The position numbers and the translations under genes were made by a program. DNA of 63,977 nt, counting the filler. It is 6 parts of 6 records of this genome, joined end to end, with 100 filler letters (N's around TTAATTAATTAA, not from the genome) between each part and the next. Parts side by side here need not be neighbours in the genome. Positions count along the whole stretch, not along the records: positions 42,235 to 58,843 come from DRR723986_8253; positions 58,944 to 63,977 come from DRR723986_8295; 4 more parts are not named here. The stretch is one strand, 5' to 3'. A model generated the notes under the pieces. The model had not been told where the DNA came from. It was given only the letters and a program-made list of their open reading frames with translations, and did not search any database. Of this stretch, positions 49,514 through 59,359 are shown one piece after another (within the stretch, counting starts at the first letter, position 1; every line of letters starts with the position of its first letter).

Positions 49514-49592
49514 CATTGCGGCTGGCTGCCGAAAACCTGCGATTCAGCGTAGCGTCAGCCGCTTCTAGCGTAGATTGTGGGTGAGCGAGAGC

Positions 49593-50000
49593 ATGGGTTA
49601 CTACTTTCTTGGGTTCGGTTCGCTCATTCTGGCACTAGCAGGCTGGGCGACAGCAAGATCGCTGAAGCTGTTGCTGTTCGGTGTGCGCCGGCAAGGTGTC
49701 GTGGTCGGCGTCGACGAACAGATGCGACGAGGTGATAGTCAACGCAAGAAAGTCTACTTTCACCCGATCATCGAATTCCAAACACCAGAGGGCAATACGT
49801 TTCAGTTCACCTTTGGTAGAGGCTCGCCGCGCAGTGCGCCGAGGCTGGGGCGCGAGGTAAAGGTTGTTTACCCGCCAGATTCTCCTGACAAAGCAACGTT
49901 GGAGTCATTCATTGGCCTCTGGGCCGGGCCGCTAGCGGCCACGTTGCTCGGCGGAGGATGCCTGTACGGAGGTATCCAAATCGTATTCTTCGGGGCTTAG
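49593..50000 (+). CDS. DUF3592-like membrane protein
   Basis: TM - GVVVG - FHPIIEF - G.EVKVVY.P..P..A - TM architecture. Confidence 0.7.
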   Translation: MGYYFLGFGSLILALAGWATARSLKLLLFGVRRQGVVVGVDEQMRRGDSQRKKVYFHPIIEFQTPEGNTFQFTFGRGSPRSAPRLGREVKVVYPPDSPDKATLESFIGLWAGPLAATLLGGGCLYGGIQIVFFGA

Positions 50001-50075
50001 CGCTGGAGCTTCGATGAAAGCCAGACAAGTATTTGCACCAAAACTTTTTGCTGCGGCTACAGAACGGACGCTCGG

Positions 50076-53000
50076 CTACTGTTTGTGGACAGTGTTGTGG
50101 ATGACTCTGCGAACCTGGCGGCCTTCCTGAGTTGTCACGTTGAAGACAATCTCCATGCACCAGGTTGGCTCAAGCTCTGGCACAGAGAGCACCACCGTTT
50201 GGCCGTCCTCCAAGAGCGTCGCTGACCGCACTTCTAGTGTCCGTTCATCATAGTGTTTGGAACCATAGTTCTTTGTTCGCTTCAGGCTCCATACTCGAAC
50301 ACTGAACAGTGATGGGTCGACGGATGAGGTTGGAGGCAATTTCTCCGACAGCCGTATAGAAATCTCTGTCCCGTCCACTTCCAAACCCAGCGGCATTGCG
50401 GCGGGCTCGCCGGTGTAGCGAATTCGATAGAGACCGCCTTCTTGAGCCGTTTGGCTGGTCGCCCAAGCAGCCAGGCCGCAGACATACAACTGTCCATCTG
50501 CGGGGGAGAATCGCCCTCTTATCAAACCGGTTGGAAAATCTGGGATTGGCAGTTGGCACATGCCGCCTTGAACGCTTGCTCGTGTTTCGTTTGCACTTTC
50601 CGGATTACTACGAATCTGCTGATGCGGAACAACAAAGACTTTTCCATAGCCATAGGAAAGGTTGAGTAGACTCCGGTCAAATGGTCCCCAGCGATTGCTC
50701 TCGGTCCAGAGCAGCTCGGCGGGTGAACGATCAAACGCGTTCGTAATCCAGCATAGCGGTTGCTCCATGGCCGAGTCCGACGAGTCGGTAGTGTCATGAT
50801 AGCCGTACATGTTGCCATAGAAGCCCCCGGGTTGCACCCAGTTGATTCGGTTCTTTGGGTTCCAATGCCCTTCTTGATCGGTCACGATGAACGATCCATC
50901 GGGGTTGAGACAAACACCATTGGCGGCGCGAAAACCGTTTGCCAGGATTTCAGTTGTCTGGCCATCGGCGGATACTTTCAAAAGCGTTCCGTGATGTGGG
51001 ACAAGGGCTGGGAGGGCGTGACGAGCGGATTTGGCATAGTAGAAATTGCCCGCATCGTCGGTCTGCAGCCCCATCGCAAACTCGTGGAAGTGCTCCGTAA
51101 CTTGGTGGTCGTTGTTGATGCATCGATAGTAGTCGACGAATCTGTCGCCGTCCTCGTCTTCCAGTTTTACCAACTGGTCTCGACAAGTCAGATAGATCTC
51201 GCCCTCAATGATCTTTATCCCAAGCGGTTGGAAGAGCCCAAAAGCAACTCGCTGCCACACGAGCTCCGAGCCAGGCTTGTCGAGATTTGAAAGCCCATCA
51301 ACTACCCAGACGTCTCCGTCCCAGGTGCAAATCGCTGCGGAGTCGCCTCCTTCGTAGAAATCGATTCCTCCCAACCTCAATCGTGCTTGCCACGGATTTT
51401 GCACCGGCAACGGAATCGTATCGACCGCAAACCCCTCTCCGTAGTCCACGCCCTGGACGACGATTGTCTTCAGCGGCTCGGTGAACGGCAAAGGCGGACT
51501 TGCACGGCGTGACGGACTCGTGCCACCTGAAGAGGCCGAAACGTTACCGCCAACAACTGCTTCAACCGCAGGTGCCGTATCTGTCGCCTGTCCCACGAAC
51601 GAAGACCGCGAATCGGCTGCGCAAACTGCGACGGCAATGCGCTCTCCAGGTGGAATGCTCAGCAAGAGTTGTTCATCGCGTGCTTCCAGGGCGAACTGGT
51701 GTGTCTGGGCGCTCTGGTCGATCCAGATTGCCGGTGTTATGTCTGGTACTTGCTGTCCGTCGCCCCGCAATAGTTTCACTTGCCCGCTGTCAGCAACTTG
51801 TGTATCTCCGTTTGTGAAATCCCAACTGGCAAGAACGTTGCGTTGAATCGTCCAGTCCGCTATCTCGGAGTCGTCGATAGCCTCAGCTACACACTCGGCT
51901 CGCTCAACAACCGCATCCTGCAAGAAGCTGGTGCTTGGGAAGTCGTCGTTCGTCTTCCCGAATCGGATCACCCGCCTCTCGGGTAGCTCTTCAATGGGCA
52001 ACCGTTTTTTACCAACGAGCGTGCCGTCGACGTACAACTTGGCAAGCTGAGTTTTGGGGTGCAGGGTGAGGGCCACATCGTGCGGCTGGCCGTCGTCGAT
52101 TCTTATGTTGCCTCGCAGTTGGCCCACCCAGCCAACGTCGTACGTCAGTCGACCACCTTGAACGAATAGGGTTTGTCCTCCCGGGGCCCACTGTCCCGAG
52201 GCAGGTGCGAGGGAGAAAATCGTTCCATCGCCTTTGGTCGTCAGCTTTGCGCGGAAAGTGAATCCTCGGGTTGTGTCCCAATGCTTCGGAAGTGTTCCTT
52301 CGTAAAAGCTACTGCCGGAGAAGTGTCCATGTTCGAATTCGATCGTATCTTCAACTCGGTTTGGAACCGCCAGCAGCCCATCGATGTTCCAGTGCTGCCC
52401 GTCGGCTAGGGTTGCAACGACAACTTGCAGACTCTGAGAGCGGGGGCCAATCTGTAGGTTTCTCGTGAAAAGTCCTGAATGTTCTTTGGCTGGATCGAAT
52501 TCTGTCCCCAAGAGGTCTGAATCGGGCGACCAGCTAAATTCCTCGCTGACGAGCGTGTCGCCGACTGTGTATTCGATGATTGATCTACCGCCAATTTGAC
52601 GCAGCCCTTTGTACTGTGCCCAAGTACGCGGAAGCGGACCGTATCGTTTGCCGTCACGCCCCAGCACGCGTTGTTCGTCTGCAGTCGTCCCAACGCCAGG
52701 TTCAGCCCAGCCGGGCCCGGTTGGGTTGTTGATGAGGATATCGCCGACGATGGAGGGGTGAATGTTGTGTCGACCGTTGAAGTGGATGCCTTGCCAGTCG
52801 ATAAACTCTCGACTTGTCCAAACACCAGCGAGCCGCATTGTGTCATGGTCAAAGACGGCCCAAGCTCGCCCCTGGGAGACTCCACCGGGCGAAGCGTCCA
52901 ACTGGACTGCAATTCCTTTTTGAGCGATGTTGCGACCGCCAGCGCCTATCTCATAAGTGCCGATCAACCGCGGACCATAGTCAGCCGTCGACCACGGGTG

Positions 53001-54011
53001 AAACTCTCGAGGGGCTGGTCCACGGTCACTTCCAGTAGGAAGACCGGCAAGATACGTCTCGTCAATCTCCGCCGCTGTGTCCTCCAAGAAGTGTTCGCGG
53101 ATGTAGTGGATCACATCATACTTTTGCTGGGGCACCATCCAGGGTTGTGGTGCCATCAAGCCACCGCCGCGAGTCATTGTTTGGTACATGGAAAACGGAT
53201 CATCACCAAACTTAAACTTGCCCTCCCCAAACCGGAGTGCAGTTGCCAGCGAACCTTGTTTTTGTTTTGTACCGTGACAGTTAATGCATAGGCTCTCATA
53301 AACGGCCTTGCCACGATCGAAAGCGTCATCATCCCATTCGCCGATGATGCCAGCATGATCGATGTTCGATTCATACTCGGGTAGCTGGATCGCTAGTTGA
53401 GCGGCCGTCGGCTGCAGCTCGGACGCGCGTTTGAAACCGCCTGCCTGAATTTCGGCTACGTAGGCCAGTAGGTCCATTGCTGCCTGTACATTGGGCAGCG
53501 TATCCAGCAGTCCGCTGGGCATCAGCGAGGTGTCCGCGGTCTTGCGATCAACAACGTCGCTCAAGTTCACCGACACAACTTGCTGTGTGTCTGCTTTCTT
53601 TAGTTGGATCGCGTCTGCCGTCTCGTCAACGAGCAAACCGGTCAGCGTTTCGCCGTCTTCGGTCAAAATCTGCGTGGCTCGGTACTGCTCCGCAATATCC
53701 TTTGAGGGGTCCAAGATCGAAGCGAGGACATGCGTCGGGGAACCATTCTTCAAAGGCATTACAAGGTTTGGCCCTAAGAGAGCGGGGCCGGTCTCAACTA
53801 CGCTATGGCAGCGTCCGCACGCCAAGACTGGACCGTGGAACAAAACCGCACCTCGCGCGGGATTAGCCGCCTCCACACTGCGATCCAACTCGGATTGCGA
53901 AAGCGCTCGAAGCTTTGTGGAAACCTTACCAGAGGGCTGCGCAAGGGCAGTACTGCAAAGCAACATTCCAAAGATTGCTAATGAGGCGAGTCGTTTTGGC
54001 ATGGGCGGCAT
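50076..54011 (-). CDS. Large secreted diheme c-type cytochrome with LamG-like and beta-propeller (DUF6797-like) regions
   Basis: Signal peptide; CGRCH in a PVC-type heme-binding domain (SILDPS..I...Y, SLMPSGL); CINCH; LamG-like DGQPHDVALT..LYVDG; HFHEFAMGLQTD, GFRAANG, DQEGHW. Confidence 0.8.
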   Translation of the reverse strand: MPPMPKRLASLAIFGMLLCSTALAQPSGKVSTKLRALSQSELDRSVEAANPARGAVLFHGPVLACGRCHSVVETGPALLGPNLVMPLKNGSPTHVLASILDPSKDIAEQYRATQILTEDGETLTGLLVDETADAIQLKKADTQQVVSVNLSDVVDRKTADTSLMPSGLLDTLPNVQAAMDLLAYVAEIQAGGFKRASELQPTAAQLAIQLPEYESNIDHAGIIGEWDDDAFDRGKAVYESLCINCHGTKQKQGSLATALRFGEGKFKFGDDPFSMYQTMTRGGGLMAPQPWMVPQQKYDVIHYIREHFLEDTAAEIDETYLAGLPTGSDRGPAPREFHPWSTADYGPRLIGTYEIGAGGRNIAQKGIAVQLDASPGGVSQGRAWAVFDHDTMRLAGVWTSREFIDWQGIHFNGRHNIHPSIVGDILINNPTGPGWAEPGVGTTADEQRVLGRDGKRYGPLPRTWAQYKGLRQIGGRSIIEYTVGDTLVSEEFSWSPDSDLLGTEFDPAKEHSGLFTRNLQIGPRSQSLQVVVATLADGQHWNIDGLLAVPNRVEDTIEFEHGHFSGSSFYEGTLPKHWDTTRGFTFRAKLTTKGDGTIFSLAPASGQWAPGGQTLFVQGGRLTYDVGWVGQLRGNIRIDDGQPHDVALTLHPKTQLAKLYVDGTLVGKKRLPIEELPERRVIRFGKTNDDFPSTSFLQDAVVERAECVAEAIDDSEIADWTIQRNVLASWDFTNGDTQVADSGQVKLLRGDGQQVPDITPAIWIDQSAQTHQFALEARDEQLLLSIPPGERIAVAVCAADSRSSFVGQATDTAPAVEAVVGGNVSASSGGTSPSRRASPPLPFTEPLKTIVVQGVDYGEGFAVDTIPLPVQNPWQARLRLGGIDFYEGGDSAAICTWDGDVWVVDGLSNLDKPGSELVWQRVAFGLFQPLGIKIIEGEIYLTCRDQLVKLEDEDGDRFVDYYRCINNDHQVTEHFHEFAMGLQTDDAGNFYYAKSARHALPALVPHHGTLLKVSADGQTTEILANGFRAANGVCLNPDGSFIVTDQEGHWNPKNRINWVQPGGFYGNMYGYHDTTDSSDSAMEQPLCWITNAFDRSPAELLWTESNRWGPFDRSLLNLSYGYGKVFVVPHQQIRSNPESANETRASVQGGMCQLPIPDFPTGLIRGRFSPADGQLYVCGLAAWATSQTAQEGGLYRIRYTGEPAAMPLGLEVDGTEISIRLSEKLPPTSSVDPSLFSVRVWSLKRTKNYGSKHYDERTLEVRSATLLEDGQTVVLSVPELEPTWCMEIVFNVTTQEGRQVRRVIHNTVHKQ

Positions 54012-54184
54012 CTTGGCAATCGGGAAAATAGGTATACAAGGACCGTCGGTATTACGACCGAGCAGCTCTCAATTCTAACCGGCGGTTGGTGCGGCGTACT
54101 ACAGGTTGCTTTAAGTTAACTGCATATTGGTTGTCTCCAAACTGGAGAGCCCTAACTGTCGAAAATGGTCGGAGGCCTCGGGGC

Positions 54185-54595
54185 ATGAAGCAAGCAAGAA
54201 AGAACTCCGTCAGGTCAAATATTGCATTAACGAGCGTTTGTGCTGTGCTCGTGGCCGCTTCGAGAATCAATCAAACGGTCGCGATGTTGTTGATGCCGCT
54301 TGCCGTTGCTGTTTTCTGTACTGCCTGCGCCGTAGCGTTTGGCTGGCACCGCAAAGCTACACTGTTACCTGTTGGCGCGTTTGCGGGAGTCCTGGGATGC
54401 GGTATCGCAATTGCACTACCGATTGAACAGGTCGGTGTTCCTGAGGTGTTCATGTCGTCCCAGGAGTACAATCGGTACTTCCTGCTGGACATGCTGAAGG
54501 TCGCCGGTTTCGCTGGGGTGGGTGCAATCACGGGTTGTCTAACCGCTGCGGGCGTACGGAGTCTGCTTGTTGGGAACTTCCCTTTGGACAACTAG
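54185..54595 (+). CDS. Hypothetical membrane protein
   Basis: About 136 aa with four hydrophobic segments; no motif recognised. Confidence 0.5.
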   Translation: MKQARKNSVRSNIALTSVCAVLVAASRINQTVAMLLMPLAVAVFCTACAVAFGWHRKATLLPVGAFAGVLGCGIAIALPIEQVGVPEVFMSSQEYNRYFLLDMLKVAGFAGVGAITGCLTAAGVRSLLVGNFPLDN

Positions 54596-54990
54596 GAACT
54601 CATCCCCGTAGTGATTGACACGGACCCCGTGTTTGAATCAGCAACGACTCGTTGGTGCACTTGAGCATCACATTCACGACCGAGACACTCAGTCGGACCG
54701 ATTCAAGACGTTGGCTTGGAGTGAAGGATGTCCGCCTGATTGAGAAGTGCATTTGGTGCATCTCGATCTAATGCCAGCAAGCGAATTTCTTTTAAGAAGT
54801 TTGTTTTCCCTTGAAAAAGCAGGGTTTCCGGTCCTAAATCGGTATTTACCCCGTGGAAGGATGTCTTCACAATACGGCCCAGTTCATCCGGCATAGATGC
54901 TGGAGATAAGCAGCGGTTGACGGAGTCAGCCGGACCCAAGCGGGGCAAAATCCCTCGCGGAAGACACACATTTGCAAGGAGTGCGAAAAC

Positions 54991-55596
54991 GTGCGTGTTT
55001 GTAGTCTATTAGTGGCACTTGCCCTGAGCATCGTGACCGCTCAATCTACCGCCGTGGCACAAAACGCCCAAGCGGCTCAGCAGTTGCCAATCGTCGTTGT
55101 TGACATTGGTTACATCCTCGAAAATCACCCGACGATGAAGGGTGAAATGGAAGCCATCCAAGCAAAGATGAAAGACGCCGACACGAAGATGGCGCAGCGT
55201 CGTGACGCAATCATCAAGCAGATGGAAATGCTTCGCGAGAAATACGAGCCAGGTACTCCCGAGTACGAAGCCGAAGAGAAGAAGATCGCCGAGCAAGACA
55301 CCGAGTTTCGACTTGCCCTGATCAAGGAAAAGAAGAAGTTCGAAGAAATGCAAGCGCAGGTCGTCTACCAGATCTACACTGACATTTCGTCGCAGTTAAG
55401 TGTTCTCAGTAAGAGCTACGGAACCAACCTTGTTGTGCGAATCAGTCGCCAGAAGATGGATCCAAAGAAGCCTGAGACCGTACAGATGGTTATGAGCCAA
55501 GAGGTTGTCTACTACAACCCAAGCATCGACGTAACCGACTGGACTCTGAACCAACTGAAGACGCTTGCTCAGCAACGCGGTGCAACAGTCCGCTAA
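54991..55596 (+). CDS. skp: OmpH/Skp family periplasmic chaperone
   Basis: AAGGAG SD, signal peptide, IVVVDIGYIL, long coiled coil, VVYYNPSIDVT; upstream of lpxC. Confidence 0.85.
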   Translation: MRVCSLLVALALSIVTAQSTAVAQNAQAAQQLPIVVVDIGYILENHPTMKGEMEAIQAKMKDADTKMAQRRDAIIKQMEMLREKYEPGTPEYEAEEKKIAEQDTEFRLALIKEKKKFEEMQAQVVYQIYTDISSQLSVLSKSYGTNLVVRISRQKMDPKKPETVQMVMSQEVVYYNPSIDVTDWTLNQLKTLAQQRGATVR

Positions 55597-55941
55597 GCGG
55601 GCAAGAGCTCCAATCGCACTCTCACTCCACAGTCAATAGACGAGACAGGTGGCGTCCTGCTGATATCAGCGGGACGCCCAGTCCTCGTACTGATTTGCGG
55701 ACAATGAGGTGACCGAAGCAAACGGGTTTGTAGAGTTGCGGGGAATTCGCCCGCGGAGAACTACTGCTCGGATTCAACGCTCAGGCGGCCAATGACCTCC
55801 TGGCAAGCATGTCGCACTCGGCATGCCCCCTTCGTCCAAGCGCCGGCGATCAGCCGACGCTTCTCCGCTTCACTGCGGACTGAGCGTCTCGGCACGGCGC
55901 TTTAAGACTGTATTTGCCACCAAGACATCTACTCGACAATT

Positions 55942-56829
55942 GTGCACATGTTAATCCGTGAACCAGAACAAAGGCAGACCACGCTTCGAGCGACATGCTC
56001 GGTCAGCGGCCGTGGCTACTGGACCGGAAAGTCGAACACATTGCACTTTATTCCTGCGCCGGAGAACACCGGCATTCAGTTTGAACTACTTGGCCAGCGT
56101 GTGTCTGCGAACTCGGACAACGCCAATGGCTTGCCGTTGCGAACGCGCCTCGGGCAGCCTCCTGCGGCCTTCGACATGGTTGAACATGTCATGGCGGCAC
56201 TTGCGGGACTGAACGTTGATAATTGCATTGTGCAGTGTGATGAGTCGGAGATGCCAGGCTTTGACGGCAGCTCCCTAGCAATCGCACTGGCGATCGATTC
56301 CGTCGGCACAGTTGAACAACCTGCGGCGAGAAACGTCCTGGTCGTCGACCGAGTACTGCGCGTTGAGTCGGGGGACAGTTGGATTGAAGCTGCCCCGAGC
56401 AAGAGCGGCCGCCTGGAGCTTGAATACCAGCTTCAGTATCCGGAAAGCTCGCCGATCCCAAGCTGCGATTATTCGGCGAAAATTACTCCGGCCACTTTTT
56501 TGAAACAAATTGCACCGGCGAGAACATTTGTGACCGAGCAAGAGGCGAACGCTTTGCAGGCACAAGGGCTGGCTGGCCACGTTACCGATCAAGACCTTTT
56601 GGTTTTTACTTCCGTCGGTCCCAGGAATAACACCCTGCGGTTCGACAACGAATGTGCCCGACATAAATTGCTGGATTTGCTAGGTGACCTAGCGTTGGCC
56701 GGCGTGAATTTGGTAGGACGCATTACCGCGCGGAAAAGCGGACATCAATTGAATGCCGAAATGACGCGAGAGTTGCGATGCCTTTGGTCTGCAACCGAAC
56801 TACAGCAGCAGCCTCCGTTGGCCGCTTAA
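55942..56829 (+). CDS. lpxC: UDP-3-O-acyl-GlcNAc deacetylase
   Basis: VEHVMAAL, EMPGFDGS, IAPARTF, ARHKLLDLLGDL, KSGH; no FabZ fusion. Confidence 0.93.
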   Translation: MHMLIREPEQRQTTLRATCSVSGRGYWTGKSNTLHFIPAPENTGIQFELLGQRVSANSDNANGLPLRTRLGQPPAAFDMVEHVMAALAGLNVDNCIVQCDESEMPGFDGSSLAIALAIDSVGTVEQPAARNVLVVDRVLRVESGDSWIEAAPSKSGRLELEYQLQYPESSPIPSCDYSAKITPATFLKQIAPARTFVTEQEANALQAQGLAGHVTDQDLLVFTSVGPRNNTLRFDNECARHKLLDLLGDLALAGVNLVGRITARKSGHQLNAEMTRELRCLWSATELQQQPPLAA

Positions 56830-56875
56830 GAATTACGAACCTCGCCTCGATTATATTTTTGAAGGCTCTGTTTGC

Positions 56876-57682
56876 ATGGCCACAATCATTGCCCACACCG
56901 CGGTTGTTGACCCTCGTGCGGAACTGGACGAAGAAGTTCGCGTTGGACACCACTGTGTGATCGGCCCAAACGTCAAAGTCGGACGCGGGACGCGGCTAGA
57001 AAACAACGTCACGCTGACTGGCAACACCACAGTTGGTAGAAACAACCATTTGTTCCCAGGTGTTGTGATCGGTGCTGAGCCACAGGATCTCAGCTACCAG
57101 GGATCACCGACACAAGTCATCGTTGGAGATGGCAACGTGTTGCGAGAGTCTGTAACCATCAATCGGGCGACCGAAAAAGAAGATGGCATCACTTCGGTTG
57201 GTGACAACTGCTACATGATGACCTGCTCTCACGTGGCACACGACTGTAAAGTGGGTGATCGCGTCATCATGGCAAACAATGTCATGCTTGGCGGTCACGT
57301 TCATGTCGCCGACGATGCCACACTTTCCGGTGGCTGTGCGGTTCATCACTTTGCTTCAATCGGATGTTACAGCTTTGTCAGCGGTTTAAGCCGGGTGCTG
57401 CACGACGTGCCTCCTTACATGCTGGTTGAAGGCTTTCCAGCGCGTCCACGAACGGTCAATGTGGTTGCACTGAAGCGAAAGAGCTTCTCCAGCGAAGCGA
57501 TCAAGTCGCTCATGGAAGCTTACCGATTGCTGTACCGATCGCGAGTCGGTATGGAACATGCTCGCGAGATTCTCTCAGGCGGAAAACCCCTTATTCCCGA
57601 ACTGCAAGTGCTGTTCGACTTCATTGAAGGTTCACAAGGCGGTCGCCATGGTCGTGGCCGCGATCGGAGGAAGGCTGCGTGA
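56876..57682 (+). CDS. lpxA: Acyl-ACP--UDP-GlcNAc O-acyltransferase
   Basis: Hexapeptide repeats, IGAEPQDLSY, RESVTINRAT, HVAHDC, LGGHVHV, HDVPPY. Confidence 0.95.
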   Translation: MATIIAHTAVVDPRAELDEEVRVGHHCVIGPNVKVGRGTRLENNVTLTGNTTVGRNNHLFPGVVIGAEPQDLSYQGSPTQVIVGDGNVLRESVTINRATEKEDGITSVGDNCYMMTCSHVAHDCKVGDRVIMANNVMLGGHVHVADDATLSGGCAVHHFASIGCYSFVSGLSRVLHDVPPYMLVEGFPARPRTVNVVALKRKSFSSEAIKSLMEAYRLLYRSRVGMEHAREILSGGKPLIPELQVLFDFIEGSQGGRHGRGRDRRKAA

Positions 57683-58797
57683 CTGCACTACGCATGGCGG
57701 TTGTTGGCGGTGGACATCTCGGAAGAATCCACGCGAAACTGGCCGCGGCAAGCGACAGCTTCGATGTCCTGGGAGTGGTCGATCCAAGCGATCAAGCGCG
57801 ACAGACTGTCCGCGATCAATTGGGTTTGCCGACATATGAATCGGTTGACGAAATCGAAGGCGGCTTTGACGTTGCCGTCGTTGCATCGCCGACCGTCTAC
57901 CACTACGACATAACAAGCCGATTGCTTCGAGATGGGGTGCATTGCCTGGTTGAGAAACCCCTAGCACCCACCTCCGACGAAGCATATCGTCTGGTCCAAA
58001 TTGCGAAAAGTCATGGTTGTGTCCTGCAAGTTGGACACGTTGAACGCTTCAACCCATGCTGGACAACTGCACAAGCCAATCTTGGCGCACCGAAGTTTAT
58101 CGAAGCGGTTCGCAGTGGCCCTTACAGCGGCCGAAGTACGGACATCGGTGTCGTGATGGACCTGATGATTCATGACCTCGATTTGATTCTTTCACTCGAC
58201 CGAACGCCCGTCCGCTCCGTGACCGCGAGCGGTGTTGCACTGCTGGGCGCGCATGAAGACATCGCTGAAGCTCGCATCGAGTTTGAAAGCGGGTGCATCG
58301 CAAATGTAAAAGCCAGTCGCGTGGCCACTGGTGCCACTCGCGAGATGCAGGTCTATGCCACCAATGGCTATGCGAACATTAATTTCTCGAGCAGCGAAGT
58401 GAAGGTTACGCGCCCTTCGGCGGAGATCTTTGCTCGAACGGTAGCTCTGGATGAGATGAATGCGGCCGATCGAATGGCTGCAAAAGAGACCATTGCGACC
58501 GACTTGCTCAAGACTGTAACCATCGAGGCTCCGCAGCGAAATGCGATCCTGGATGAGCAGAACGATTTCGCCATCAGCGTGCGAACCGGCTGCAACCCGG
58601 CCGTGTCTGGCGAAGATGGTGCTAGGGCCGTTGATGTGGCCAATCGCATTCTCAGTGCTGTTGCCCAACATAAGTGGGACGGTGCCGACAGTCGCCCTTG
58701 GCGAATCGGAGCCCTCGCGACCACCGAACCGAGGATCCTGCCAATGCACGGTCGCGATCAAGCCAAGACCACTGCACCGGCTCGAAAAGCTGGTTAG
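57679..58797 (+). CDS. Gfo/Idh/MocA family oxidoreductase (GnnA-like)
   Basis: VVGGGHLG, EKPL, LQVGHVERFNP, DIGVVMDLMIHDLD, ASRV; GTGA overlap with lpxA. Confidence 0.85.
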   Translation: MTALRMAVVGGGHLGRIHAKLAAASDSFDVLGVVDPSDQARQTVRDQLGLPTYESVDEIEGGFDVAVVASPTVYHYDITSRLLRDGVHCLVEKPLAPTSDEAYRLVQIAKSHGCVLQVGHVERFNPCWTTAQANLGAPKFIEAVRSGPYSGRSTDIGVVMDLMIHDLDLILSLDRTPVRSVTASGVALLGAHEDIAEARIEFESGCIANVKASRVATGATREMQVYATNGYANINFSSSEVKVTRPSAEIFARTVALDEMNAADRMAAKETIATDLLKTVTIEAPQRNAILDEQNDFAISVRTGCNPAVSGEDGARAVDVANRILSAVAQHKWDGADSRPWRIGALATTEPRILPMHGRDQAKTTAPARKAG

Positions 58798-58843
58798 GTC
58801 TAGTGCGAGTCGCACGTATAGCGTTTGATATCCAATGAATTAC

Positions 58844-58943
58844 NNNNNNNNNNNNNNNNNNNNNNNNNNNNNNNNNNNNNNNNNNNNTTAATTAATTAAN
58901 NNNNNNNNNNNNNNNNNNNNNNNNNNNNNNNNNNNNNNNNNNN
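58844..58943. other. Artificial contig linker
   Basis: N44-TTAATTAATTAA-N44. Confidence 0.99.
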
Positions 58944-59237
58944 GATCATCACGGTCATGCCGGGTTCGATCAGCGTCAGCGCGGCCTCGGCCATGGCGGT
59001 CTTGGCGGGCGCGCCCTGCCGCTCTCGCAGGCGGAAATCGCTTTCGAAACGGGTGCCCGAGGCGATGGTCGCCCCGCCCCGGATCTTGCGCAGCAGGCCC
59101 GCGCCTTCCAGCTCATCGAGGTCGCGGTGAATGGTCATGCGGGACACGGCGAAGCGGTCGGCGAGGGCGTCGAGCTCCACCTCTCCGTCAGAGACCAGAA
59201 GGTCCATGATCGCCTGTTGTCGGTCGTCGCGCTTCAC
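58944..59237 (-). CDS. DeoR/GlpR family transcriptional regulator (3' truncated)
   Basis: RQQAIMDLL...LADRFAVSRMTIHRDLDELE..GLLRKIRGGA DeoR HTH. Confidence 0.9.
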
Positions 59238-59267
59238 CGGGGCTCTCCTCGGGCGCTAACATTGCAG

Positions 59268-59303
59268 ATCACATAAATAACGTCAATCATGTGATATTGT
59301 GAT
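59268..59303. promoter_or_regulatory. Candidate DeoR-family operator
   Basis: ATCACAT (59268-59274) and ATGTGAT (59289-59295) form an inverted repeat, with another TGTGAT at 59298-59303, in an AT-rich divergent promoter region. Confidence 0.55.
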
Positions 59304-59359
59304 TTCGTGTTGTTATACTACGCGCGGCAGAGTATCGCGGGATCAAAACGGAGGAGCCC

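Noticed and set aside
6292-58943. Five identical TTAATTAATTAA palindromes inside N-runs
   Set aside because: Fixed 100-nt artificial joins between contigs; not biological repeats or a CRISPR array.
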